Assembly: GCA_035547155.1 (NCBI GenBank)
Contig: DASZVJ010000140.1
Location: forward strand, 209-64,208
Source of the DNA: Vicinamibacterales bacterium
Lineage (GTDB): Bacteria; Acidobacteriota; Vicinamibacteria; Vicinamibacterales; SCN-69-37
DNA length: 64,000 nt
Reading direction: 5' to 3'
Made by a program: the position numbers and the translations under genes. The number at the start of each line of letters is the position of its first letter. The stretch's first letter is position 1. Shown piece after piece: positions 38,094-46,188 of the stretch. The notes under the pieces were generated by a model. The model ran no database searches. It was not told the DNA's origin and saw only the letters and a list, made by a program, of their open reading frames with translations.

Positions 38094-39413
38094 TCACGCG
38101 AACGACTCTCGCGTCAGCCGATCGAAGATCAGAGGGCGACGCGCAGGGGCGTCGGGCCCGATCGTGATCGCGCCGGCGAGCAGCGCACGCGCGGCATCGA
38201 ACTGCTTCTGCTCGCGCGCGGTCAACACGAGGATCGGGTCGCCGGCGCCCACGGGCTCACCGACGCGCGCGAGGATCTCGATGCCCGCGGCGTGATCGAC
38301 ACCCGCATCGACACGATCGCGTCCGGCGCCGAGCGCGACGGACGCGCGGCCGACGAGCTCCGCGTGCATGTCCGTGACGATGCCGGCGTACGGCGCGGTC
38401 CACGTCTCCTGCGTGCCTCCGCCGGGCAGCCGACTGTAGTCGTCGATCACACGCGGATCGCCGCCCTGCGCGTCGATCACCTCGCGGAACTTCTCGAGCG
38501 CAGCGCCACTCTCGAGCGCCGTGCGCACGCGTCGCTCCGCGTCGTTTTCATCCGCCGTCACGCCCGCGAGCACGATCATGCGCACGGCCAGACGAACCGA
38601 CAGCGACTCGACGTCGGCCGGCCCTCGTCCTTTGAGCGTCTCGATCGACTCGATCACTTCGTTCGCGTTGCCGATCGCGCGGCCGAGCGGCACGTCCATG
38701 TCAGTGAGTAGCGCTTCGGTCCTCACGCCGTGCGCTTCGGCGATGCGCACGAGACTCGACGCGAGCTCGCGCGCCTGCGCTTCGGTCTTCATGAATGCGC
38801 CGCGTCCGACCTTCACGTCGAGCACGAGCGCGCCGATGCCTTCCGCGATCTTCTTGCTGAGAATCGACGCCGAGATCAGCGGTACGCTCTCGACCGTGCC
38901 CGTCACGTCGCGCAGCGCGTAAAGGCGCTTGTCGGCCGGCGCCATCTCGCTCGTCTGACCGATGAGGACGCAGCCGGTGCGCCGCAGGACGGATCGCATC
39001 TCGTCGAGTGACAGCCCCGTACGGAAACCCGGAATCGATTCGAGCTTGTCGAGCGTGCCGCCGGTGTGGCCGAGGCCGCGGCCCGACATCATCGGCACGA
39101 TCGCGCCGGCAGCCGCGGCGAGCGGCGCGAGCACGAGCGAGATCTTGTCGCCAACGCCGCCCGTCGAATGCTTGTCCACCGGGCACGGTCCGAATTCGGA
39201 CAGATCGAGGCGGGTGCCCGACTTGACCATCGCGTCGGTCAGCTCGGCAGCTTCCTCCGTGGTCATGCCACGCAGGACGATCGCCATGAGCAGGGACGAG
39301 AGCTGATAGTCCGGCCAGGAGCCGTCGGTGGCCGCACGGACGAACGCCCGGATGCTCCCGGCATCGAGCGCCCCGCCGTCGCGTTTCTGACGAATGACGT
39401 CAACCGCGCGCAT
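38094..39413 (-). CDS. deoA: thymidine / pyrimidine-nucleoside phosphorylase
   Basis: DKHSTGGVGDK, SGRGLGHTGGTLDKLE. 439 aa. Confidence 0.9.
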   Translation of the reverse strand: MRAVDVIRQKRDGGALDAGSIRAFVRAATDGSWPDYQLSSLLMAIVLRGMTTEEAAELTDAMVKSGTRLDLSEFGPCPVDKHSTGGVGDKISLVLAPLAAAAGAIVPMMSGRGLGHTGGTLDKLESIPGFRTGLSLDEMRSVLRRTGCVLIGQTSEMAPADKRLYALRDVTGTVESVPLISASILSKKIAEGIGALVLDVKVGRGAFMKTEAQARELASSLVRIAEAHGVRTEALLTDMDVPLGRAIGNANEVIESIETLKGRGPADVESLSVRLAVRMIVLAGVTADENDAERRVRTALESGAALEKFREVIDAQGGDPRVIDDYSRLPGGGTQETWTAPYAGIVTDMHAELVGRASVALGAGRDRVDAGVDHAAGIEILARVGEPVGAGDPILVLTAREQKQFDAARALLAGAITIGPDAPARRPLIFDRLTRESFA

Positions 39414-39436
39414 GCGAGGAAAGTATAGTTTGGAAC

Positions 39437-39886
39437 GTGAACGACACAGCCCGAGTGCTGCTCACCGCCGGCGTGCTGTCGGCCGTCGCCATTACGACGT
39501 TTGCGTGGCGCGTCACGCAGGTCGATCTCGAGGAGCCGCAGCGCCTGATCGGCGAGCTGCGGCTCGCGCAATGGATGGCGATCATCCTGGCCGGCATCGG
39601 CGGCATCCCGCTCGGCCTCGCGCTCGCCGATCCTTCGGCGTCGCTGGCCAATCTCGACGCCGCGGCAGCCGTGCTCTTCATGGGGCTCGCCGGCGTCGTC
39701 CTGCAGCGCGATCCGCGCGAGGCGCTGCTGCTCGGCAGCGGCGGATTCCTGCTCCACGCGCTCGTCGACATCGCGCATCGACCCGGCTGGCTGGCGACGG
39801 ACCTCGCACCGCGCTGGTTCACGATCGGCTGCGCGATCCACAACGTCTATCTCGCGGGCGTCTGCTTCTGGGCGCGACGACGATGA
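39437..39886 (+). CDS. hypothetical integral membrane protein
   Basis: GTG start, 4 predicted TM helices. ATGA overlap with the next gene. Confidence 0.5.
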   Translation: MNDTARVLLTAGVLSAVAITTFAWRVTQVDLEEPQRLIGELRLAQWMAIILAGIGGIPLGLALADPSASLANLDAAAAVLFMGLAGVVLQRDPREALLLGSGGFLLHALVDIAHRPGWLATDLAPRWFTIGCAIHNVYLAGVCFWARRR

Positions 39887-40191
39887 GCGAGGACGGCACG
39901 TTCGCGCGCCGCGTGCTGCGCGTCGTCTCGCGCATTCCGCCGGGACGCGTGGCGACGTACGGGGACGTCGCGCGGCTCGCGGGCCGTCCGCGCGCGGCGC
40001 GTGCCGTCGGACGCATCATGGCCACGGCGGCACAACCGGGCCTGCCCTACCATCGCGTGATCGCCGCGAACGGTGCGCTCGGCGGCTACGGCTCATCGAC
40101 CGCGCTCAAAGCCTCGCTGCTCACCGCCGAAGGCCTCGTCGTCCAGCGCCGGCGCGTCGCGGATTTCCGCGTGAAACGCTGGCCGCAGTAG
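39883..40191 (+). CDS. alkyltransferase-like (Atl/YbaZ-type) MGMT-family DNA-binding protein
   Basis: 102 aa. VSRIPPGRVATYGDVARLAGRPRAARAVG is followed by LPYHRVI where MGMT has PCHRV. Confidence 0.8.
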   Translation: MSEDGTFARRVLRVVSRIPPGRVATYGDVARLAGRPRAARAVGRIMATAAQPGLPYHRVIAANGALGGYGSSTALKASLLTAEGLVVQRRRVADFRVKRWPQ

Positions 40192-40228
40192 CCGGCAACG
40201 CGAGACGCCGATCCCGCCGTCTAAGGCC

Positions 40229-40792
40229 ATGAATGACGGAGGACGCCTGAGCGCCGACCTCGCCCTGGCCAGCCGCTGTCGCGCGGGCTCGCCCGGCGCG
40301 TTCGACGAGCTGTACCGTGCGCACGCGCCGCGCCTGTTCGGGCTCGCGTGCCGGCTGGTCGGCCGCGTCGAGGCCGAAGATCTGCTTCAGGACATGTTCC
40401 TCACCGCGCATCGCAAGCTCGGTCAGTACAAAGGCGAGTCGTCGCTCGGCACGTGGCTCTTCCGTCTCGGCACGAACTTGTGCCTCGACCATCTGCGCAG
40501 CCGCCGCGGCCGCTTCGCGCGGATGCAGGACGAGATCGACGACGACACGCTCGTCGCGACGAGCTCGGGCCCGGTGCTGGGCGTGATCGATCGGCTCGAT
40601 CTCGAGCGCGCGCTGACGACGCTGCCACCAGGCGCGCGGACGGTGTTCGTGCTCCACGACGTCGAAGGGCTCGAGCACCGCGAGATCGCCGAGCTGCTCG
40701 GCGTCTCGGAGGGCACGTCGAAATCACAGCTGCACAAGGCGCGATTCCGGTTGCGCGCCGCGCTTCGGCCGGATGCCGTGAGGACGGAATGA
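40229..40792 (+). CDS. ECF-type RNA polymerase sigma factor
   Basis: Region 2 (AFDELYRAHAPRLFGLACRLV...AEDLLQDMFL) and region 4 (LPPGARTVFVLHDVEGLEHREIAELLGVSEGTSKSQLHKAR). Confidence 0.9.
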   Translation: MNDGGRLSADLALASRCRAGSPGAFDELYRAHAPRLFGLACRLVGRVEAEDLLQDMFLTAHRKLGQYKGESSLGTWLFRLGTNLCLDHLRSRRGRFARMQDEIDDDTLVATSSGPVLGVIDRLDLERALTTLPPGARTVFVLHDVEGLEHREIAELLGVSEGTSKSQLHKARFRLRAALRPDAVRTE

Positions 40793-41535
40793 CGAGCGAT
40801 TGCACGAACGTTCAACGCCAGCTCAGCGACTTCGCCGACGGGCTGCTCGACTCCGGCGCCCACGCCGCGGTGCTCACGCACGTGCGCGAGTGCGCGGACT
40901 GCAGCGGCGTGCTGACGGATCTCGAGCGGCTGTTGGCGACGGCGCGGCAGCTCGGTCCGATCGACCCGCCGGATCATGTGTGGCTGTCGGTCGCCGGACA
41001 GCTGCGCGCGCAGTCGAGCGCGCCGCTCGCCGTGCCCGCGCCACGTGCCCGTGGACCGGTGTGGTGGCAATGGGCGGCGTTGACGGCGGCGTTGCTCGCG
41101 ATCACCGTCGCGCTCTACGTGATCAGCCGCACGCGGACGACATCGACGGAGACGGCGGCGAACGCGAACGCCACGGCCGCTCCGGTGACGGGATCGATCG
41201 CGGCCGTCAACGACGAGCTGACGCTCGCGATGCAGCACTACGAGCGTGCGGTCGCCGAGCTCGAGGCCGCGGCGCGCGCCGGCGACGCGACGCTCGATCC
41301 GTCCGTCGCGACGACGATGCGCACGAGCCTGACGTCGATCGATCAGGCCATCGCGGAAAGCCGCGCGGCACTGCTGACCAATCCGGACAGCGAGCCCGCG
41401 CGCGACAGCCTGTTCGAGGCGCTGCGCCGCAAGATCAGCGTGCTGCAGACCACGGTCAACCTCATCAACGACAGGCGACAGGGAGATCCAGCCGGCGCGT
41501 CGCGCCCGGCCTCAGGAGTAGGGAGACAATCATGA
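40789..41535 (+). CDS. anti-sigma factor (zf-HC2), single TM
   Basis: ATGA overlap with the sigma gene. N-terminal H-x3-C-x2-C motif (LTHVRECADC). TM segment WWQWAALTAALLAITVALYVI. Confidence 0.75.
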   Translation: MTSDCTNVQRQLSDFADGLLDSGAHAAVLTHVRECADCSGVLTDLERLLATARQLGPIDPPDHVWLSVAGQLRAQSSAPLAVPAPRARGPVWWQWAALTAALLAITVALYVISRTRTTSTETAANANATAAPVTGSIAAVNDELTLAMQHYERAVAELEAAARAGDATLDPSVATTMRTSLTSIDQAIAESRAALLTNPDSEPARDSLFEALRRKISVLQTTVNLINDRRQGDPAGASRPASGVGRQS

Positions 41536-42512
41536 ATCTGCGTAGGGATCGATCGTTCGTCACGGGCGCCGCATTCGCGCTGGCCGTACTCGCGTTGGCG
41601 ACCGTGCCTCTCGAGGCGCGCGCCGCCGCCGAGCAGGACCAGACGGATCGGCAGACGCGCGTGGTGTCGATCGGCGCGTCGGGCTCGCTGGAGATCAAGA
41701 ACGTCTCCGGCGACGTGACGGTGACGGCCGGCTCCGGCACCGACGCGCGCATCGAGTTCACGAAGCGGGCGCGCGGCAAGACCGCCGCGGACGTGCGGCG
41801 CGGGCTGGACGAGGTGACGGTCGACATCGAGCAGCAGAGTGGGCGCGTGACGGTCGAGACGCACTATCCGAACCGGGACCGCGGCCGCAACGACGTCAAC
41901 GTCGACATCACGTTCGTCATCACAGCGCCGGCCGGCACGCGCGTGACGGCGAGCACGGTGTCCGGCAACGTCCGGGTCGAGAACATCAAGGGCAACCTGT
42001 CCGCGAGCACGGTGAGCGGCGACGTGGCGCTCGTCGGCGTCGGCACGGTCGCCGACGCGAAGACGGTGTCCGGCAGCGTCAAGGCGACCGACATCGCGGG
42101 CAACGACAGCCTGAGCCTGACGTCCGTCAGCGGCGACATCCTGATCGATCGCGTCAGCGCGCGCCGCCTCGACGGATCGACGACGAGCGGCAACGTGACG
42201 GCCATGGGGATCACGTCGGAGCGTGCGAGCCTGCACAGCTTGTCGGGCAACGTCTCGTATTCCGGCGCGCTCGCGCGCAGCGGACGCTACGAGCTGCAGT
42301 CGCACTCGGGCGACGTGACGCTCAATCCGTCCGGCACGGTCGGCTACGAGCTGCAGGCGTCGACGTTCAGCGGGCACATCACGCCCGGCGCGGACATGGT
42401 GGTCAAATCGATCTCGCCGGGACCGAGCAACGTGCGCGCGACGGTCGGCGACGGCAGCGCGACCGTGGCGATTACGACGTTCAGCGGAAACGTGGAAATC
42501 AGGAAGCGATGA
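41532..42512 (+). CDS. DUF4097-like beta-strand repeat protein (putative envelope 'adhesin' module)
   Basis: ATGA overlap with the anti-sigma gene. Signal peptide. Reiterated S(G/N)(D/N)V.V motifs (VSGDVTVTA, VSGNVRVEN, VSGDVALVG, VSGSVKATD, VSGDILIDR, TSGNVTAMG, LSGNVSYSG, HSGDVTLNP, FSGNVEIRK). Confidence 0.7.
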   Translation: MNLRRDRSFVTGAAFALAVLALATVPLEARAAAEQDQTDRQTRVVSIGASGSLEIKNVSGDVTVTAGSGTDARIEFTKRARGKTAADVRRGLDEVTVDIEQQSGRVTVETHYPNRDRGRNDVNVDITFVITAPAGTRVTASTVSGNVRVENIKGNLSASTVSGDVALVGVGTVADAKTVSGSVKATDIAGNDSLSLTSVSGDILIDRVSARRLDGSTTSGNVTAMGITSERASLHSLSGNVSYSGALARSGRYELQSHSGDVTLNPSGTVGYELQASTFSGHITPGADMVVKSISPGPSNVRATVGDGSATVAITTFSGNVEIRKR

Positions 42513-42565
42513 CGAAGAACGGTCGACGCTCGCGCATCCGCGGGCGTCGACCGTCGATCACGAGG

Positions 42566-43006
42566 CTATTTCGTTGCCGGCGACAGCGAGAGGTGGATCA
42601 GATACTGCGCGCCGTTGTGGCCGACCCACACGCGCAGATAGTCCGCACCTTTGAGCATCTGCACGAGCGGATGACCGTCGGCCGGCGGCGTCCGCTTCGC
42701 GACGACCTTCACATCGGCCGGTGCGACGACGCTCGCGAGCTCCTTGCCCTTGACCTGTCCGCTCTGCACGAACTCGACCCATTTCGCCGCGTCCGGCCCC
42801 TGACCGGAGACCGCGGTAACCGGATCGGACGACAGACGCAGCGTGTACGTACCTGCAGGCAGCGGCTGGCCATTGGCGACGACGGCACGGGGGAGACGGA
42901 CCGTCCCAAGGGCCTGCGCGGCCTGTTGCGCAGTGGCCGTGATCGTCAGCGCGGCCATCACCGCCACCGCCGCCACGCCCGCGCGAGTCAACATGGAATG
43001 ACGCAT
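42566..43006 (-). CDS. exported hypothetical protein
   Basis: Signal peptide MRHSMLTRAGVAAVAVMAALTITATAQQ. No family recognised. Confidence 0.5.
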   Translation of the reverse strand: MRHSMLTRAGVAAVAVMAALTITATAQQAAQALGTVRLPRAVVANGQPLPAGTYTLRLSSDPVTAVSGQGPDAAKWVEFVQSGQVKGKELASVVAPADVKVVAKRTPPADGHPLVQMLKGADYLRVWVGHNGAQYLIHLSLSPATK

Positions 43007-43026
43007 GGGACCTCCTGAATAAAACC

Positions 43027-43187
43027 TAGTATCGCACTATCGCGCTATCTCTCTATCGTACTATCTGATATCGAGCTATCTCGCTATCTGCCGTCTATCG
43101 GGCTATCGCGCTATGTGGCACTCCGAGGCAGATAGCGCGATAGCCCGATGCCAGATAGTGCGATAGGGCGATAGTGAGATAGCGAGA
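43027..43187. repeat. inverted double array of CTATCKCN octamers (about 10 + 7 units)
   Basis: Perfect 18-bp central stem atcgggctatcgcgctat (43097-43114) / atagcgcgatagcccgat (43132-43149). The flanking arms are made of the same unit. Confidence 0.9.
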
Positions 43188-43201
43188 TGGTCCGCGTCAG
43201 C

Positions 43202-44905
43202 TCAAATCGCCATCACGTCGAACTGCTCGTGGTGCAGCTGCTCGTCGGGCCGGATGGTGACGGGACGGCCGACCGCGGATTCGAGCTCGCGGAAGACGCT
43301 GCGGTTCTCGTCCTTCAGCGCGCGCGCGATCTCGGGGTTGACGCGGAGCACGAGGCTGTAGCCGTCGAGCTCGCTGCTCACCTTCTTCACTTCCGTCAGG
43401 ATGTCGTAGCAGATCGTCGCGCTGGCCTTGATCGTCCCGGTGCCCGAGCAGTACGGGCACGGCTCGGTGAGCTGGCGCTCGAGACTGCTCTTCACGCGCT
43501 TGCGCGTGATGATGATCAGCCCGAAGTCCGAGACCTGCACCGCCTTCGACGGCGCGCGGTCCTTGCGCAGCTCCTGCTCGACGACCTGCGCGACCTTCTG
43601 GCGGTTCTTCTTCTCCTCCATGTCGATGAAGTCGAGCACGATGATGCCGCCGAGATCGCGCAGGCGCACCTGACGCACGATCTCCTTCGCCGCTTCGAGG
43701 TTCGTCTTGACGATCGTGTCCTCGAGCCGGCCCGACGACTTCTTGCCGACGTACCGTCCCGTGTTGACGTCGATCGCGACGAGCGCTTCGGTCTGGTTGA
43801 TGACGATGTAGCCGCCGGACTTCAGCCAGACCTTGCTGCGCAACGCCTTGTCGATCTCGCCCTGCACGCCGTACTCGTCGAAGATCGGATAGTCCTTCGT
43901 GTAGAGCTTGATGCGGCCGACCATCGACGGCATCACACGCTGGATGAACGCCACGACGCGCCGGTGCTCCGCTTCGTCGTCGATCCGGATGGCCTGGAAC
44001 TGCTCGTTGAGCAGGTCGCGCAGCAGTTTCGTGACGAGGCTCTCCTCGCGGAACAGCACGGCCGGCGTCCGCTCGGTCTCGCGCTTGCGCTGCACTTCGC
44101 TCCAGACCTGCTGGAAGTACGACAGGTCCGCGATGATGTCTTCGTCCGGACGATTCGCCGCAGCCGTGCGGATGATCACGCCGCCGGGCAGCCCCGACTG
44201 CTCGCGGAACTGCTGGACGATGCCGCGCAGGCGCCGCCGTTCGTCGCGCGCGTCGATCTTGCGGGAGATGCCGATGTGATCGACCGTCGGCATGTAGACG
44301 AGAAACCGCCCGGGCAGGCTGAGGTGCGACGTGATGCGCGCGCCCTTCGTGCCGAGCGGCTCTTTCACGACCTGGACGACGACCTCCTGCCCTTCCTTGA
44401 GCAGGTCTTCGATCTTTGCGGTCGGCAGCGTGCGCTCACGCGGCCGGCGCTCGGGCTTCGACGTCTGCTGCGGTGCGGCCGGTGCCGACGCTGGCATCGC
44501 CGCAGCGGGAGCCGAGGACTCGCCGTCCGTCGCCGGCTCCGCCGCCGCAGACGCGGCGTCGTCTTCCGTCACACCGCCGAGCGCCGTGCCGAACGCCGGG
44601 GTCTCGTCGCCGCCAGCCGCGTCCGGACGCGCCGCAGGCGCGTGCTCGTCGTCTTCGTCTTCGAGGGATTCTTCGGTGGGGCTGATGACGTCGGAGACGT
44701 ACAGGAACGCGTCGCGCTCCAGTCCAAGATCAACGAACGCCGACTGCATCCCCGGGAGGACCTTGGAGACGCGGCCTTTGTAGACGTTGCCGACGACGCC
44801 CCGTGACTGCTCCCGTTCGATGAAGATCTCGACTACCTGATCGTCCTCGAGGATGGCCACCCGTGTTTCGTGGCTCGTCGAGGAGATGATCATCTCCTTC
44901 GTCAT
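43202..44905 (-). CDS. rng: ribonuclease G/E-family endoribonuclease
   Basis: S1 domain (GNVYKGRVSKVLPGMQSAFVDLG), VQVVKEPLGTKGARITSHLSLPGR, the DNase I-like / Zn-link region (CPYCSGTG). Confidence 0.88.
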   Translation of the reverse strand: MTKEMIISSTSHETRVAILEDDQVVEIFIEREQSRGVVGNVYKGRVSKVLPGMQSAFVDLGLERDAFLYVSDVISPTEESLEDEDDEHAPAARPDAAGGDETPAFGTALGGVTEDDAASAAAEPATDGESSAPAAAMPASAPAAPQQTSKPERRPRERTLPTAKIEDLLKEGQEVVVQVVKEPLGTKGARITSHLSLPGRFLVYMPTVDHIGISRKIDARDERRRLRGIVQQFREQSGLPGGVIIRTAAANRPDEDIIADLSYFQQVWSEVQRKRETERTPAVLFREESLVTKLLRDLLNEQFQAIRIDDEAEHRRVVAFIQRVMPSMVGRIKLYTKDYPIFDEYGVQGEIDKALRSKVWLKSGGYIVINQTEALVAIDVNTGRYVGKKSSGRLEDTIVKTNLEAAKEIVRQVRLRDLGGIIVLDFIDMEEKKNRQKVAQVVEQELRKDRAPSKAVQVSDFGLIIITRKRVKSSLERQLTEPCPYCSGTGTIKASATICYDILTEVKKVSSELDGYSLVLRVNPEIARALKDENRSVFRELESAVGRPVTIRPDEQLHHEQFDVMAI

Positions 44906-45084
44906 TCCCGTGGCTCCAGTGGGCGGCGGCGAGGGCGATGCCGGCCGGCCGCGGCTGCGCCAGCCTCACGTGCGCACGCCACACGAGCGCGCACAGCACG
45001 AGGAGCCACGAAGCCGGGATGGAGCCGGTGAGATCGATCATCGACGGTCGACGTCCCCGAAACGTGACGGCGACACGGCCGTCA

Positions 45085-46188
45085 TCAATTGGTGAAGCGC
45101 CGCATTCTGACGTTCAGAATGAGGCCGAACGCGGCGAGCGTCGCCACCAGCGACGACCCGCCATAACTCATGAGCGGCAGGGTCAGGCCTTTGACCGGCG
45201 CCAGCCCTGCCGACATAGTGATGTTGTACAACACTTGAAAGCCAAACCCGGAGAGGATGGCCACGACGAGGTAGGCGCCAATCCGGTCGCGCGCGAGCTT
45301 GGCGGCCTCGAGCCCGCGCAGCATCACGAACCCGTACAGCCCGAGCGCCGCGAGCACGCCCAGGAATCCGTGCTCCTCGGCGAACGCCGAGAACACGAAG
45401 TCGTTGTCGGCGACCGGCAGAAACCCTTGCGATCCCTGCGTCCCCTGCCGGAAGCCCTTGCCGTAGAACCCGCCGGATCCGACGGTGATCTTGGCTTGAA
45501 TCTGCTGATACCCGTCGCCGCGCGGGTCGCTTTCTGGATTGATGAACGTGATCACGCGGCCGCGCTGATATTCCTTCAGGCCGTACTTCCAGATCAGCGG
45601 TGACGCGAGCACGAGGACGACGGCCGCGATCCAAATCCACTTGAGGCGGAGTCCCGCCACGTACGCCACACCGAGATAGACCGGCAGCAGCGTCACTGCC
45701 GTGCCGAGATCGGGCTGACGCGCGATCAACAGGAACGGCACGGCCGCCAGCGCGCCGCCAATTGCCAGCTCGCGCATCGACTTGCCGCTGCGGCGGCCGT
45801 CGCCGAAATAGGCGGCCATCACGAGCGCGAGCGTGATGCGCCCGAACTCGGACGGCTGCAGCGAGAAGCCCGGCAGCGGAATCCAGCGGCGCGCGCCGCC
45901 GCGCACGACGCCGAAGAACATGACGCCGATGAGCGCCAGCACGAGCGCGGCGTAGAACAGCAGCGACCGCTGCGCGAGCGTGCGGTAGTCGATCATCATG
46001 CACGCCGCCATCGCGACGATCGCGACGGGCAGCGCGTACAACTGGCTCCAGAAACGTCCGCCCACCGCACCCGCACGCGCGTCCCAGTTGACGCTGTAGA
46101 TGGTGGACAGGCCGAAGAGCGTCAGCGCGACGAGCGCCGCGACGAGTGACCAGTCAATGTGCGGCAGCAGGCGGCGATCGACGATCAC
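45085..46188 (-). CDS. rodA: rod shape-determining peptidoglycan glycosyltransferase RodA (SEDS family)
   Basis: SEDS blocks (QPSEFGRI, LQPDLGTA, TDFVFSAFAEEHGFLG, GLTLPLMSYGGSS). Start set to GTG 46188, overlapping the mrdA stop (GTGA); the upstream ORF extension is Arg-rich. Confidence 0.87.
   Translation of the reverse strand: MIVDRRLLPHIDWSLVAALVALTLFGLSTIYSVNWDARAGAVGGRFWSQLYALPVAIVAMAACMMIDYRTLAQRSLLFYAALVLALIGVMFFGVVRGGARRWIPLPGFSLQPSEFGRITLALVMAAYFGDGRRSGKSMRELAIGGALAAVPFLLIARQPDLGTAVTLLPVYLGVAYVAGLRLKWIWIAAVVLVLASPLIWKYGLKEYQRGRVITFINPESDPRGDGYQQIQAKITVGSGGFYGKGFRQGTQGSQGFLPVADNDFVFSAFAEEHGFLGVLAALGLYGFVMLRGLEAAKLARDRIGAYLVVAILSGFGFQVLYNITMSAGLAPVKGLTLPLMSYGGSSLVATLAAFGLILNVRMRRFTN

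Noticed and set aside
40172-40223. ECF-type autoregulatory promoter upstream of the sigma factor gene (TGAAAC..., GGCAAC-N18-CGTCTA)
   Set aside because: The motifs only loosely resemble GGAAC-N16/17-CGTC-type ECF promoters, and the spacing is 1-2 nt too long. The evidence is insufficient without a group-specific consensus.
43187-44806. 539-aa + strand ORF
   Set aside because: It is antisense to rng. It is a shadow ORF.
44730-45041. 103-aa - strand ORF starting in the rodA-rng spacer (MIDLTGSIPASWLLVLCALVW...)
   Set aside because: Only the first roughly 45 codons lie in the spacer; the rest overlaps rng out of frame. There is no SD and no recognisable family. A short membrane peptide cannot be excluded, but it is unsupported.
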